A stretch of DNA of 64,000 bases. Origin: Blasia pusilla (taxonomy: Eukaryota). The notes below the pieces were generated by a model. The model saw only the letters and a program-made list of their open reading frames with translations. It was not told where the DNA came from and ran no database searches. Shown here in pieces: positions 24,867 through 37,859 of this stretch. The position numbers and the translations under genes are program-made. The DNA lies in the NCBI GenBank assembly GCA_050084515.1, contig CM114271.1:45260001-45324000 (forward strand), in the 5' to 3' direction. Each line of letters starts with the position of its first letter. Position 1 is the stretch's first letter.

Positions 24867-27800
24867 ATGGCGGGAGGACAGAGCCTCCTGGCAGCGTGTG
24901 GAGGGGAGACTGTCAAGCTGTTCGATCCCGCAGTGGAGACTGGAGATCCATGCGTATTTCAATACACGCCGGCCCCTGGTTTTCAAGTCAATTGTGCCAG
25001 ATGGAATCACACAAGTATTGTTTTACCCCTCCCTGCTTTTCGTTTTTGGCGCTCGCGCTTCAGAGCATTGTGTGCTTATTCTAGATGAAGCGAAGTGCGC
25101 GCAATTCTTACCTCGTAAGTGACGAAAGTCTGTCATATATTGTCGCGTTCCATCTCATTTGCAATGACGCTACCGTTTGATCCGAAAACCCCCGAGAGTT
25201 TGTGACGCCCTTCCCTATTATTACATCATGAAAGCGGCATCGAGTGGCCCTTACTGTTGCTGAAATGGCATAAAAAGAACAGTTTGGAGCTGAAGGTTTC
25301 TGTAATTAATAGCTGTGATCACCAAAGAAAATGCTGTGACTGGCAGCAGCATACTTTAGGGATTTTTGCCATTAAGCAAGTAGTGTAATGAAGTCCTGCT
25401 TGCACGTTTAAAGTACCTGGTGTGGCCTGCTCATAGAATTTCGGGTGAAACAGACCTAGTTGTTGCCAGTGCTGGTGAAGATAGGAAGATCTCAATGTGG
25501 ATGAAGAATGGCCAGGCAGTGGGAGTTGTTCCTCAACCAGGTGCTGAAGCAGATGACACAATTGATGTAAGTGTGCACATTGGTAGTAATTCACTTGGAT
25601 TTTAGGGTGCTTAGCGGATTTAACAAGTCTTGGCTTATCGAACGAAAACTTATCATCTGAGTCACAGCACGCAAATTGTTGCCATGTAAAGTTTGTCAAA
25701 TCTTCTGTCTGAAATTTCGTCGTATCTGGGAATGAGCACCTGGCAAGAGTTGGGATTGTACTTTGAAGTCAGAATGTAGGTCATGTGACTTGGACCAGTA
25801 AAAGCTGTAAGTTTTTTTTCCAGCCTCAGGCAAGTAAAGGAGGCATCTGAAACTTCAGCCAGCATGGTAGTGTGTGGTCATCAAAATGCTGTTTAATGTT
25901 GTCTGCAGGAATCAATCTTGGCCATCAGCTTCAGTACTAAAGGATCTAGATACCTGGCGTCTGGTGGGACGGGAAAAATCATTCGAGTGTGGGACATGCA
26001 ACGCCGGAGATGCATCAAATGGCTAAAAGGACATACAGATAGTATTACTGGAGTGATGTACAACTGTAGAGATGAGCACCTCGCCTCTGTCAGCATAAGA
26101 GGAGATCTTATTCTGCATAACCTTGCATCAGGCACACGTGCTGCAGAGCTCAAGGATCCTCATGATCAGGTAATAACCTATTTACCCTAGGAGACTCGTC
26201 ATTACTGGGAATATCTCTGCTGAGCGTTTCTGTGCTTATAATCTTGTGGGAGAGTTTAAAACCTACGTGTTTGAGACAAGTCCTCACACCTGATTCCCTA
26301 TTTAATCGGAAGATGCAGTCTTGGAAGATATAGCCGGTAGTTCATCACACTTGCATAATCCAGGTGGCTTTGAACTTCTTATGGGTCCGTCTTTGGCAGG
26401 GAGATGATGGACTGTCTGAATGCCCCTGCTGAGTTTCTTTGGAGCAGGTTCTGAGAGTGTTGGAGTATTCTCGGTTGAGCAGGCATCTTCTGGTGACAGC
26501 GGGAGATGATGGATCTGTGCATATTTGGGATACAACTGCCCGCAGTCCTAAGGCAGGTCATTGCTCTTCAGAGTTCTGATTTTACTACCACATCCGCTAA
26601 CATATTCTTGTTGGAAGAAACCCTATTTGTCTATTCTATATTGTTGTTTAAGGAGATATTTAACATCCCCATAACTTGCCCTTCAGCACATCTGTTATTG
26701 GGGTGTATGAGTATGTGGGAGGAACTCAAAGTTGCTAAAACAAGAATTGTATGGCTTTCTTGACAGGTGTCATGGCTTAAGCAACACACAGCCCCTACTA
26801 CTGGTGTTTGCTTTTCTCCATGCAATGACAAGGTTTGTCTATTTGATATTGAAATTTGTACGTGAGTTATAGTAATAAATCTGCAAACTTTATGCATTGT
26901 AGCCTCATTGGTGAAGATTGGATGCATTTGATGGGACCACTACCTTCGTTTTCTTAGCATGCTTTATTTAATGAGTTGGCAGATGTTGCCTGTATGGAGA
27001 GTAAGTAATGAATTTCAAGAAAGTTAAATGTTATCTCCAAGATACATGCAGCTAACATGTTGGTTGGGCAGATGATTGTCAGTGTTGGTCTCGACAAGAA
27101 GCTTTACACGTATGATTTGGGGATGAGGAAGCCTGTGCACTGTGTTGCATTCGATGCTCCATTCTCGTCAGTCGCATTCAAGGATGATGGCAATACTATT
27201 GCTGCTGGTACCAACAGTGGGCGTGTTGTGTTCTATGATGTTCGTGGAAAGCCTCAGCCATTTACTGTTTTAAGGGCTTACAGTTCATCTGAGGTATGAT
27301 GCAGTCACAGATTGCTGATAATTAGTGGTATATCCACTTCTGAATCTGGAATTCTGTGAAGCCTTGATAAAATGCAGAGCTCATTAGAGATGGATTCACA
27401 CATGCTCAACTGTGTCACAGTAAGGATGTGTGGACCAAAGTTCAAAGGGGTTTTTAGTGTTATAGTTCTTGCAATCAATCAGTTCATTGTTGTAATTGTG
27501 CAGATCTCTGTTACAGTCAATCTTTAATTTTGCTTTACTATGCCTCATCTGCTCTATGCTAATACTTCCTTTCTGTCTAAACCACAGGTTGCATGTGGAA
27601 CTGACTTGTGTGATTGTGCTGTGGACTTCTAGGCTATTGGAAGCTTGAATTGGCAGCGGTCAAATCCCATTGTTGTCATTGAAGGAACATGTTCCAAAGA
27701 AGCTGCATTACTTGGTAATATTGCTGGAGAAGAGTCTGTAATCATGCCAGATCCCCTCCCTACTTCTGGCTTGGGGACCCGTGGTCGCCCCACATCTACC

Positions 27801-30047
27801 TCCATGCCCTCAAAAACTAATGTGGGACGGCTGTCTTACAGTGGGCCAGATCCTCCAACGGGTCCCATTCCTGGCTCTGCAAGTGCATCTGCCAGCGGAC
27901 CTTTGACAAGACCAGAAGGGTCTAGCTTGTCAAACTCACATATATGGACAAATGGCTCTGTATCCAGAATACATAATCCTCGGGGAATAAATTACAGCAC
28001 AAAAGATGACATGGAAGTATTTTCACCCTTGGTGGATGTGCAGCCCATCACACCTTCACTTTCTAGTTTCTGGGATGGTAATGATGACTACAAGAAAGAT
28101 GGTGGTGGTGGTGATGGCGCTCGGAGAGTGGCTTGGAGTCAGTCAGGCATTCGGAAGTTTCCAAGCATTGATGAATCATCAAAGGATGAATCTCGCCTGA
28201 GCATTGAGCGCCGTTCATCACTTCGTCAGGTGGTTTGACATCTAGCTCCAAATTTGATAACTTGGCTTGGAATGCCTAGCACTGGTGCATAAAAAACTGT
28301 TCGTCATTTTCCCTATAAATTTTCCATCTACCTCCTGCAAATCTGGATGATAAACCAGAGAGCAGGCCTTGATGTGTCTCCCTGGTCACCAAATGTACAA
28401 GTCTCCAGCTCTGGACTAAAACTGTCCCTCAAAGTTTTTTGCTGATCCTGATACCTTCTTTGACTGGAGTCTCATCTGGAAAAAACACAATACTCATAAG
28501 GGACATCCTTGGAGACAAAAGGAAAGTGACTTAATAGAGGAAATGTGAGAAAACTCCTTTTGTGCCTATTCTGCAAACCACGTGGCATTTGTTGTATTCG
28601 CTGTTATGCTTCTATTCTAATAGCATCCATCTTGCTAATTGTTCTAGTTGTACACACCAAATGTGCAGGATGATGTCCAGTCCAAAAGTCTGCCTTCATC
28701 ATTGTCGCCAGCATCAGTCACCACGCCTTCATCAGGACTATCTAAGGTTGACAGATCACCATCGGTCACTCCTCCAGAACTCTGGGGTGGAGATACTGGA
28801 TTAGTTGATCGATTTAGGCAGCCTTCAATATCCAGATTTGCTACTTCTTCTTCCTATTCAACTTCTTTAGGACTTTCCTCTGGGCTAATCAATTCTTCTC
28901 GACTTGACTCATATACTACACCTGTTCCAGTGGAGGTTATGTCACCTGAAGCTCCTTTTTCACCGCAATTGGCCCCTCAGAATCTCTTCTTGCCTGTAGA
29001 TTCACTGCCTAGGCTAGTGACCAAGTCTGAACCATCACTATACTCCAGCATCACAGTTCCTCCGAGCCCATCTCCAGTATCAGTTGGTTCTCAGGTTGTT
29101 TCATCACTAGGTATTGAGACTCCACTATTGGACGCCACATTGTCAGCATCTCCAAGACGAAGCATTATACATGGAACTTTGAATCCGCATATGAACTTCA
29201 CCAGAGGAAGTTCCTCACCAGGGCAGAAAAAACCAACAGAGATGAGGGAGGAAAGGTCTGGAACAAACTCCCAAGATGGCAAGGGAGAATTCGAAAATGG
29301 CTTCAGCGCCAGGTTGGATGCAACAACTACAACAGGGGCGTCTTTAGCTGGAATAAATGTGAGAACATCCATCTCCTAGACTTCTTTTTCATCAAGTGTA
29401 TCTGCAACTAACTGCTTTCGTGCTTAGCGTTTGTAGAGTTTCCCCCCTAGAGGCAGAGTGCATTGAGACCAGAGAACTTCACAAATGCCTCATAGAGGAC
29501 AGCCTTTGAATTGTGTTTTGCAGGTACCTCCAATGTCAATGTCGCAACGACATCTAGGACAGGTAGATGGTCAACAAGGCCAAGGGTCAACCTCTTTTGC
29601 ATTGCAGCTGGTGCAGCGAGGACTAGAGGAAAGCTTGGGTGCTGTACAAAGGGCCATACATGAAGATGTTTTAAATCTTCATTTAGAATTGCTACGACAA
29701 TTTCATATTCAGCAGGTAATCTTTCCCAACTTCCAAACTAAATAGAAGAGAGGAATAAGGCTTACCCTAATGTAATGCTCTGATATTTCCAGGTATTGTA
29801 AAATTCTAATAATTTGTTGAAAGAGAAGGAGGCTATTGCAAGCCAAGATACCTGGGATTTAACATCCCGTTCATTGATAAAGACTAAAAAAGTTAGTACT
29901 AACCATGTCTTTGTGGTGTTGTGGCCTTCGTCCGGACAGACTCAAATGACAGGAATGATGGAAGCATTTTTAGCCAAGCAGACCGCTTTGGTAGAAGAGA
30001 TTGAGGCTTTGCGGAGAGAAAATCAACAGCTGCGAGATATGTACTAA
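24867..30047 (+). CDS. NEDD1: NEDD1/GCP-WD, WD40 gamma-tubulin ring complex targeting factor, about 833 aa, 10 exons
   Basis: Exons 24867-25014, 25454-25566, 25909-26169, 26448-26552, 26767-26832, 27072-27293, 27633-28229, 28669-29358, 29524-29715, 29940-30047; motifs [57 protein letters not shown]-terminal [19 protein letters not shown]...LRRENQQLR. Confidence 0.95.
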
Positions 30048-31698
30048 GTGTTTTCAAACTTATCCCCCCCTATATCATGTGGAGGTTGGGTTAGTCAACC
30101 ATTATACACAAATTGTAGTGTGCTGCGAAGATAGTGTTTGTAGCACCAAGTGAGTTGTACCATAAGATTGTAGGGATCTTCACATCAGATTCTTTAATGA
30201 TACGTGGGTAGTGTCGTTAGTGCCTGGGTAATCTAAAGGTTCATGTCAGAGCAGTGCTTTAGAACAGGATAGTCGATCGTTCTTGTGGTAAATTTTCTCT
30301 TGTAAAGATTTCATACATGGGTCTAGGATTAGATAGAGAAAGAAGGCCTTTCTGTCTAGCTGTGGGTTTTGAACAGAATTGCATTTTTGCAGCTAGCATT
30401 GCCAATTGAGAAGGACATTTGACATAGGCAAAAGAAACCTAGTTTTTAAGTAGCTGGATCAGCTTCTCGTCTATTTACATCATAGCTTTCTTGTGTCGAC
30501 ATGCACTTGATGCCACCCAAGCTTGTTAGATTATTAGATACATTACCTCACAGGTGATTGGGAGTTGACATGGCTGAAAGATTGTTGTAAGCAAGAAAAT
30601 TTAGGCCATTTTATAAATCATGTAAAGGATTGGTGCATATTTCCCTCTAGGGTAGCAGTTACAATGATATGGCTCATGAACTCAAGATGAGGTGAACACA
30701 TTACTCGACCTCCATTGTATCAGACCCTGACGAGGACGTCAAAACCAGTGGGATGTTAGAGCTGAGCGAGGAGTGCGTTAATCTGGGGTGCACGAGATGG
30801 GTGTCGTCTTGCACACAGAGAACCCTCAATTGCCTCCAGATCTTGGATATGCCTTCAGCAGGGATGCTAGGTGTGACCATCCTTACATGAAAATGGAAGC
30901 TGTACAATGGTCATGATGTTCTTTGATCTCCCAGGTTCTCTGCCTTTTCTCTGCCCAAACATAGGTTTTGCTCACCCATAATGCAGATCTTGCACAGATG
31001 TGGACCCTGTGAAAGGATTTGTAAATTTGAATCTCGCACAAGAAGTGTGCATGCCAGATTTTGATCGTCACCATTGGCCTTAATATTACACAAGGTTTTG
31101 GCCACTCACCATTACATGCCAAGGAACATGGAACGCAGCAGGAAAAGCTGCGCGACTCTCCACAGGAATTCTTTCTTTCGTTGGCACCCACGCATCCAAA
31201 AACCACTTCATTGCCCGCAGTCATATGGGGCCGGATGAAGCTTTCTGCGTTGGCCACTTTACCTGTATAGGCATCAGTACCTGAGGCCTTAAACTAAAAG
31301 CGCAGACTAAATGGTGTAAAGGGAGAAGATTCCGAAACAAATTCTCCAAACTGTCTAATGTATACGGATTTGCTTGTCAGTCAACTGGGACTTCATGCAC
31401 GAAAAGCGATAACTGCTAGCACTGAAATTTGATGCAATTGTGTACCTCCATATGGGCGGGCTAAGCCTTCAACATGTATAACGTAATTGCGACTCGAAAA
31501 CTCTGGAAATTCCGGTCCTAGTTAGGACCCGAAACTATTGTTTAGAAGAAGATGAATTCAAATGTGGAAAAGAGTAGGATAACAAAAAATAATGAAAGGT
31601 ATAGATGTCAAGATTTGTGCGTTTATACATACAGTCTCAACACAGTGTAGAGTTTCGACAATATCATTTCATGTATCATCTTTAATGTGTCTCATCTA

Positions 31699-32629
31699 TC
31701 TATATAATAATTGGCGATTAATTGGCGATCAGGTAAGACGACAAGATAACAAGACCATAAGATAAATAGAAAATATTTTGGAATTTTGTTGCCTTAGCTC
31801 CGGATAGAAATAGAACAAAAGAAACTAATAGGAATTTGAATGAAATATAGATTAATTAATTAGTAATTAATTTAATATTATAATGGGTGATTATAAATAT
31901 CAATAGAATATGATAATATGATAAAAAAACCAAAAATTTAGAATTTTTACATCAATTCATATTTGATGGAAAAAAAAATTTTAATGGAAGAGTAGATTTT
32001 GTTTAATTTTTAAGGAAAAAAATTTACTTAGTGTATTGGGATATCAATTAAATTTGAACAGTGAAATGTTATTACTCTTCTAAGATTTTAGAAAATAGAA
32101 ATCATATTTAAATATTTAAAATAAATAGCATGATCATTTTTTGAAATAATTTTAGTAATTCAATTTTTTGGGAAAGGAAAATGAATTTGAATCCAAAAGG
32201 AAAATGATTTTGTTAATTAACATTAGCTAAGATTTCAATTAGTGAATGTTATTTTGATGGGAAGAATGGAAGGGGAAGAATAGTTATTGTTTGAGCATTT
32301 ACGGAGGAGTGAAAGTATTTAGGGGAAACGGGTGTTATTTAAAGATGAAACTTTCTTACTCTTTCAAGATTTAAAAGTGGAAATTATACTTAAATTTTAA
32401 AATTAAATAAAATTTGAAATTTTAAACATTATTTTTTTAAAATATTATTGACACCTATTTTTTAAGGGCCTATTGAGATGTGGTAATTGGAAAAGAAAAA
32501 AAATGTTTCACGTGTTATGGGCATGAAGAAAAAAGTTTGAATTTCTGTGCAGCATCATTAATCCCTTCACTAACAAAAGCTCTTCAAAGACTTTTTTATT
32601 TTCCATACATCACACGGGTACCTTACTAG
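31699..32629 (+). mobile_element. Non-autonomous Helitron, long AT-rich family, copy 2
   Basis: A|TCTATATAATAATTGG...CATCACACGGGTACCTTACTAG|T; colinear with 400-1372. Confidence 0.8.
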
Positions 32630-34079
32630 TCTTAATTAAATGAAAATATTCAGGGATACATAATGGTATCTACTTACTTTTGTTTAGTGAATGAATCTAT
32701 ATACACCCAACAAATTTAAGTTCTATATCATCTGTACAATTATTATGGGAGAATTATCTCCCATAATAATCTCAACAACTCTTCATTTACCATATTTGAG
32801 AATACACTCCTCTCATAATATGGTGGAACGTATTTGGAAAAGTCCACATATGAGATTTACATGCAGCAAGAGTGGAAATCCAAAGCTCTTTAAGCCAAAT
32901 AGAATGCACATTAGTATAACCAAATGAATGAATTATTGATGTGACTTTCATAATCTTGTCATTTTATGATTATGAAGCACAATGAGTTGGTCTCTATTGC
33001 GTAAGAAAATTTTCATCATCATATATTGCATAAATTTTAGCACTTGGAAAGCTCTACAAACACTCACACACAAGGTAAGAAATAATAAACTTGTAGTGCC
33101 TTCCTTGTGTTTTCAACTATTAGAATAATTTAAGACTTATAAGTCTCTAGGCATTGATTTCTCTTATGATTATAGTTGACACTTTGCCTTCAAAAGAATA
33201 TAGAAGCTTGTTAAAAATCTCTCTATTCACTTTAAAATTAATATCAACATGTTCATCTTGTATTTTGGGGTCTTAGGAAGTTCTTATTTAAGATCTTAAT
33301 TCTATTTGTAGTTTCATATGGGATTCAAGTTTGGGAGCGGAATATTAAAAATACAAGTTGTGAGCACGTTGATAGGGTACAAAAAGATGTTTCTACATGA
33401 TAAGTTAGGTGTGAGAAACCACACTCCTCATGTTATTATTGTTGCTGAAAGAGGTTGTCTATCCCTTAAGGTGGAACCTCCCTGACGCTTGATGGCTTCT
33501 CGGCTATTACAGAATGTGCAACCAGTTGGGTCTTTGAGACTCAACCCAAGACTTTTCCTTGGAAATCTTGAGGTTGGGAGTGCTTTGGGATGAGCCAAGG
33601 AGGAGTAGAGGTCGGAATCTATGACGATATAAAAGTATAGTTTCTTAATTTACGAACACCTTGCATATGATAACAAGAAAGCGTTTTACAATACAACAGA
33701 GGAAATCTTTAAAAAAAAGTTTTGGCAAATCTGATTATGAGCTTTGACGAGATAACACATGTTTAGTGTATGCACATCATATCGTTAAGGGTGAGAAGAG
33801 TGGTAATACCACCATCTAAATATGGATATCTCAATTGTCATGTTGAAAAAAAATTTAGTTCCACTCCTATAGGAAAACGAGGAAATGAATTTGGATCATA
33901 CACACCCAAATGCTTCACTCCCGCAAACAGATAATCAACACGTGGCCACTTCTAGCATTGGCATAAGTCTTCATGGGATTTGGAGTTAGCGGCGCAGTAG
34001 ACAACCCTAGCTACCAAATTCTCATGGAAGAGTGAGAGTAGCAAATGAGACATTTCCTTCCATTCTTCGAGTGGGTTCC

Positions 34080-34360
34080 TACACACATATAGATTACTAC
34101 ACACATACATCGTTGTTGCCATCCACACATACATAAACACAAGATACCATACTCACTTATGACATCATGTATCAAAGTCTCTCCAAAAATCTCTGCCACA
34201 TCAAATCTCTCACATATACATGCATGTCTCTCTCATGTCAAACGAAACTCATTCTCCTAGTGAGAGGCTCAGGTATCTCACAAGACAAGGAAGACCACAG
34301 TTCCGCTGCCTCATAAAAAAAAGGTTTGATAAAGAGAGAAGAGCTCACCAATTCTCTTTC
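34080..34360 (+). repeat. Partial copy of an LTR-like interspersed repeat
   Basis: CATACATCGTTGT..CATCCACAC, TCAAAC.AAACTCATTCTC and CAAGGA.GA.CACA blocks shared with 40147-40780 and, inverted, with 36545-37430. Confidence 0.65.
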
Positions 34361-34995
34361 CTAAGGTGATGTAAATACGTTGGGATAATTGAACCCCATG
34401 CTATTTGCAACCAATGGTAATACGAGTTTGGAATCCATTCTTTGAGGGAATGGAGTCATGTTTATACTCTCTCATAACTTGCACAATAGATCCCATTGTC
34501 AAAATATGTGTACTTTCAATGACTTATTCATCATCACTCTCAATTACAACCCATAGTAGTTAGTGGAAGTGATCCGTCAACTATATTGAGTATACTACTC
34601 TAAATTAGGCTATGCCAAAAAAAAATTATACTACAAGAAAAAAATTAGCTTATGGGCTTGTGTGATGTTACTTCACTTTACACCAAAGAAATTATGTGGC
34701 AAGGACTATCATTTACGAACTAAATGCTAATCCACAAAGTCTGTATTCTATGGATCATAAATTGATGATACTAAAATGAGAATCATATATCGAACATCCA
34801 CATATGTTGATCATAATTATTTTCCATAAATGTTATCAACCTTGAGTACTACATGCCCATCATTATGTGCACATCATTGGATAAGCTTGTCATTAAGGCC
34901 CTTCAACCCTCACAACTCTCTCTGTTTACGTGCCTCTTGCAAATCCAACTCTGCACCATTAGCCTGTTTCACCACAATGAAGAGGTCAGAATTAT

Positions 34996-35444
34996 CAAGG
35001 TTGCATGGAAACGGACTTGTCCGTCCATGGGATGGACATGCCCAACACGTTCCATGCCCGGATTTTTTTATACTCTGGTCGTCTACATGGGCCTAGGATG
35101 TGTAAACGTGCGCAGGTAGGGCTCAAATAAATAGGCATGCTATGAGTCCTTTCCGGGCCTGCATTGAGCCTGCGCGTGGTTTGCATCGCAATTTCCATGT
35201 GCAAGTCTATCGCAGGCGAGTGTGAGCCATGCGCAAGCTTGGTACCGGCCTCCGTAGGATCGTTACAGCCTATATAAAGGATAGCAAGAATGGGCGATGA
35301 GTTGTTGGATTGGGTGCGGGTTGGACGATCATGGGTCTACATTGCAGACGAGGCACGCCACAAAAGCTCTGCCCCACATGGACATGTCCATCCTAGGGAC
35401 AGATATAAGTCCGTAGACGTGGAATTTTCCTTTGTGCAACCTTG
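34996..35444 (+). mobile_element. hAT-superfamily MITE, 449 bp
   Basis: TIRs CAAGGTTGCA / TGCAACCTTG; 8-bp TSD AGAATTAT (34988-34995) / AGAACTAT (35445-35452), one mismatch; no coding capacity. Confidence 0.88.
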
Positions 35445-36544
35445 AGAACTATGCCTTGAAGTTTGAGAGATTAACATTCTTTGAACCTTTAATACAAGCA
35501 AAGTTATTTCAAGCCACTACAATAGTCACTTAACATCACTCAAGGAATCATGGATGTTGCACATGGAGGATTAACTTTGTGGTGAAGTTGAACATACAAG
35601 CACAACCAAAAGTTCAATCAACCTACTTCACGATTCGTTGCTTATAATTATTATGCACATTGATCATTGAGTATCTCAAATCATCCATAGCCCATGATCT
35701 GGCTTAAGAATATTCTAAACTCATACTTTGATAACAATGATAAGGCGTCCTAGTTATTAACCTTGGATATAGAGAAGAGAGAAGTCAGATATAGAATTGG
35801 ATGTATCATATTATTCTCCCATACATAATACTTGATCTACTGCAATAAAATATTCCTTGAGAAAGGTTTTGCTATACCTGAAATTGAAGCAATTTAACCT
35901 TAGAACTCAAAAAATTAATCAAGAAACTCACTTCACTGCCAATAGCAAGATCAGCTTGGTACTTCTGAAAATAATAGTTATCCTTTGATTGGAACGGTCT
36001 ACTTCAAAGTAACCTTAATTTTGAATGTCTTCCTATAAATGTGAACCGTATACCCATATGTAACAAACTCGTTGATATTTGATGTGCGTTATGAACAATG
36101 CAATCATCTTGTCTATTCACAACATACTCAACAGAAGTAGTCTGTCAGTAAGGAGTCCACGACCCTTCAAAGTGAAAGGAATCACAACCTAAAATCATTT
36201 AGAAGCCAACATCTCCATTCCTTAAGGTCTTATCACACAAATTCTTGACTGTGATCAATGATCGATGCGCCTTTAATATATGTAATTATGGTAATCCTAT
36301 TCCCTTGTTGATATGGATATAAAATCATGGCATATGAGATGATCGTATTGTAGAAGTTAAAGCAACCCTATGTTGCCCATAAGCCCACCACTATCACAAG
36401 TTATAACATGTTCTTCCTACGGCATAAGTATCCCTTAATATTGAATTTATATGCCTCAAATTCCTTACATGTTTCCAATTCGATGATTGAGCATGACATC
36501 TGTCATAGCCTTCATACCATTTTCCTTGATTTTCTTGATAAGGT

Positions 36545-37430
36545 TATCACGTCTGTTAGGATTGATCCACGAGATCTAGTAAAGCGCCTTTGGAGATATT
36601 GGAGGACATCCTCAAGAGATTGAGGATGACCTGCCATGACCCACAGCCACGGATAACCTGAGAGAGCACGTTTCCCCTTCATTTCCGGCTCATTTGGAGC
36701 CATATTGAGGAACTTACTATTTTAGGTAAATTACCAAATTTTGTATCATTAAATTTCCACTTTGGGAAGTGACCCTTGACCCGCTTTAGCAGGTCAAGAG
36801 CTAAGGAGGTGACCTACGAGCATAGGTTACCGTTGAGAGGGCTTGGGAGGGGGAAGGGGGTATACCTCCAAGAGAGAGAGAGCTTGAGAGCTCCTTCTCT
36901 CTTTGTTGAACCTCTTGGCATGAGTCGACGATGCTATGGTCCTCCTTGCCTTGTGTGTGTAATCCAAGCCTCTTACTAGGAGAGTGTGTTTGGTTTGACA
37001 TGAGAGAGTAGAGTAGAGTAGAGTAGAGTAGAGTAGATTTTTAGTCCACGGGAAGCTAATATGGCTTATGGGACCCCTTCCGCATATGTGAAATTGACAT
37101 CGCATCCGACGGCAACCTTCACATCTAGATTTAGGGTTCTCACTCATGAGATTTGGTTTTTGTTTTTTTTTTTTTTTTTCTTTGTGAAGGCCTGGAATTT
37201 TTTCCAGATTTTTAATATGGGAGCATAGTCAAGGCACACACATGAGAGGCACACAAGGCGTTCTCTCTCTCAAATATGGACCATCCAGGCCCTAGGTAGG
37301 AGACACCACTGCCCTGGGGTTGAGACCGCCCCCCACTGTCACTCTGTGGATTCCATGAGTTAGCATGGGATTGTGTATGTTTTTGTGTATGTTCGGTGAC
37401 AGCGATGTGTATGTGCACAAAAAAGTTCAC
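36545..37430 (-). repeat. LTR-like interspersed repeat (possible solo LTR), minus strand
   Basis: Reverse complement aligns with 40147-40780; carries (AGAGT)6 at 37005-37034 where the sister copy has (CT)n; the sister copy ends GTGACA. Confidence 0.6.
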
Positions 37431-37859
37431 TCGTACTTCGCTCGTGCTTCACAATACAATTGACATAAAATGCACCGAAACATGGTTAGACAATGAATGT
37501 AGGCTCTCTTGTCCAAAGTGAAAATCTATGGAGATACACACTAGCAATTTCAAGTGTTAACAAGGCGAAGATAGATAAAGACCAATAATTTTTTTCTTGC
37601 AAGAGAATTAGAAGATGTGGAAGGCACAATCACGTAAACCTTGAAGTTGCAAGCTATGGTTTATTTGGTGTCAATATCCACTACCAATTGTGCTTATGAG
37701 ACACGTGATTGAAGGTCCTTGGTTACGTTGAAAGGAACATCATTTATTTGTGAGTAGAGTTGGGAAAATAAGTACTCTACTATATATATCATATGACTAT
37801 ACATAAGGAAACAAAAAGATTGAAGAAATTTCCCCCATTGCTCTTAAACCTAGTAGATT

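Noticed and set aside
26399-26411. GGGAGATGATGGA duplicated in NEDD1 intron 3 and exon 4
   Set aside because: 13-nt match only; no open in-frame alternative exon.
30701-31270. ORFs of 64-124 aa downstream of NEDD1
   Set aside because: No recognisable homology or splice structure.
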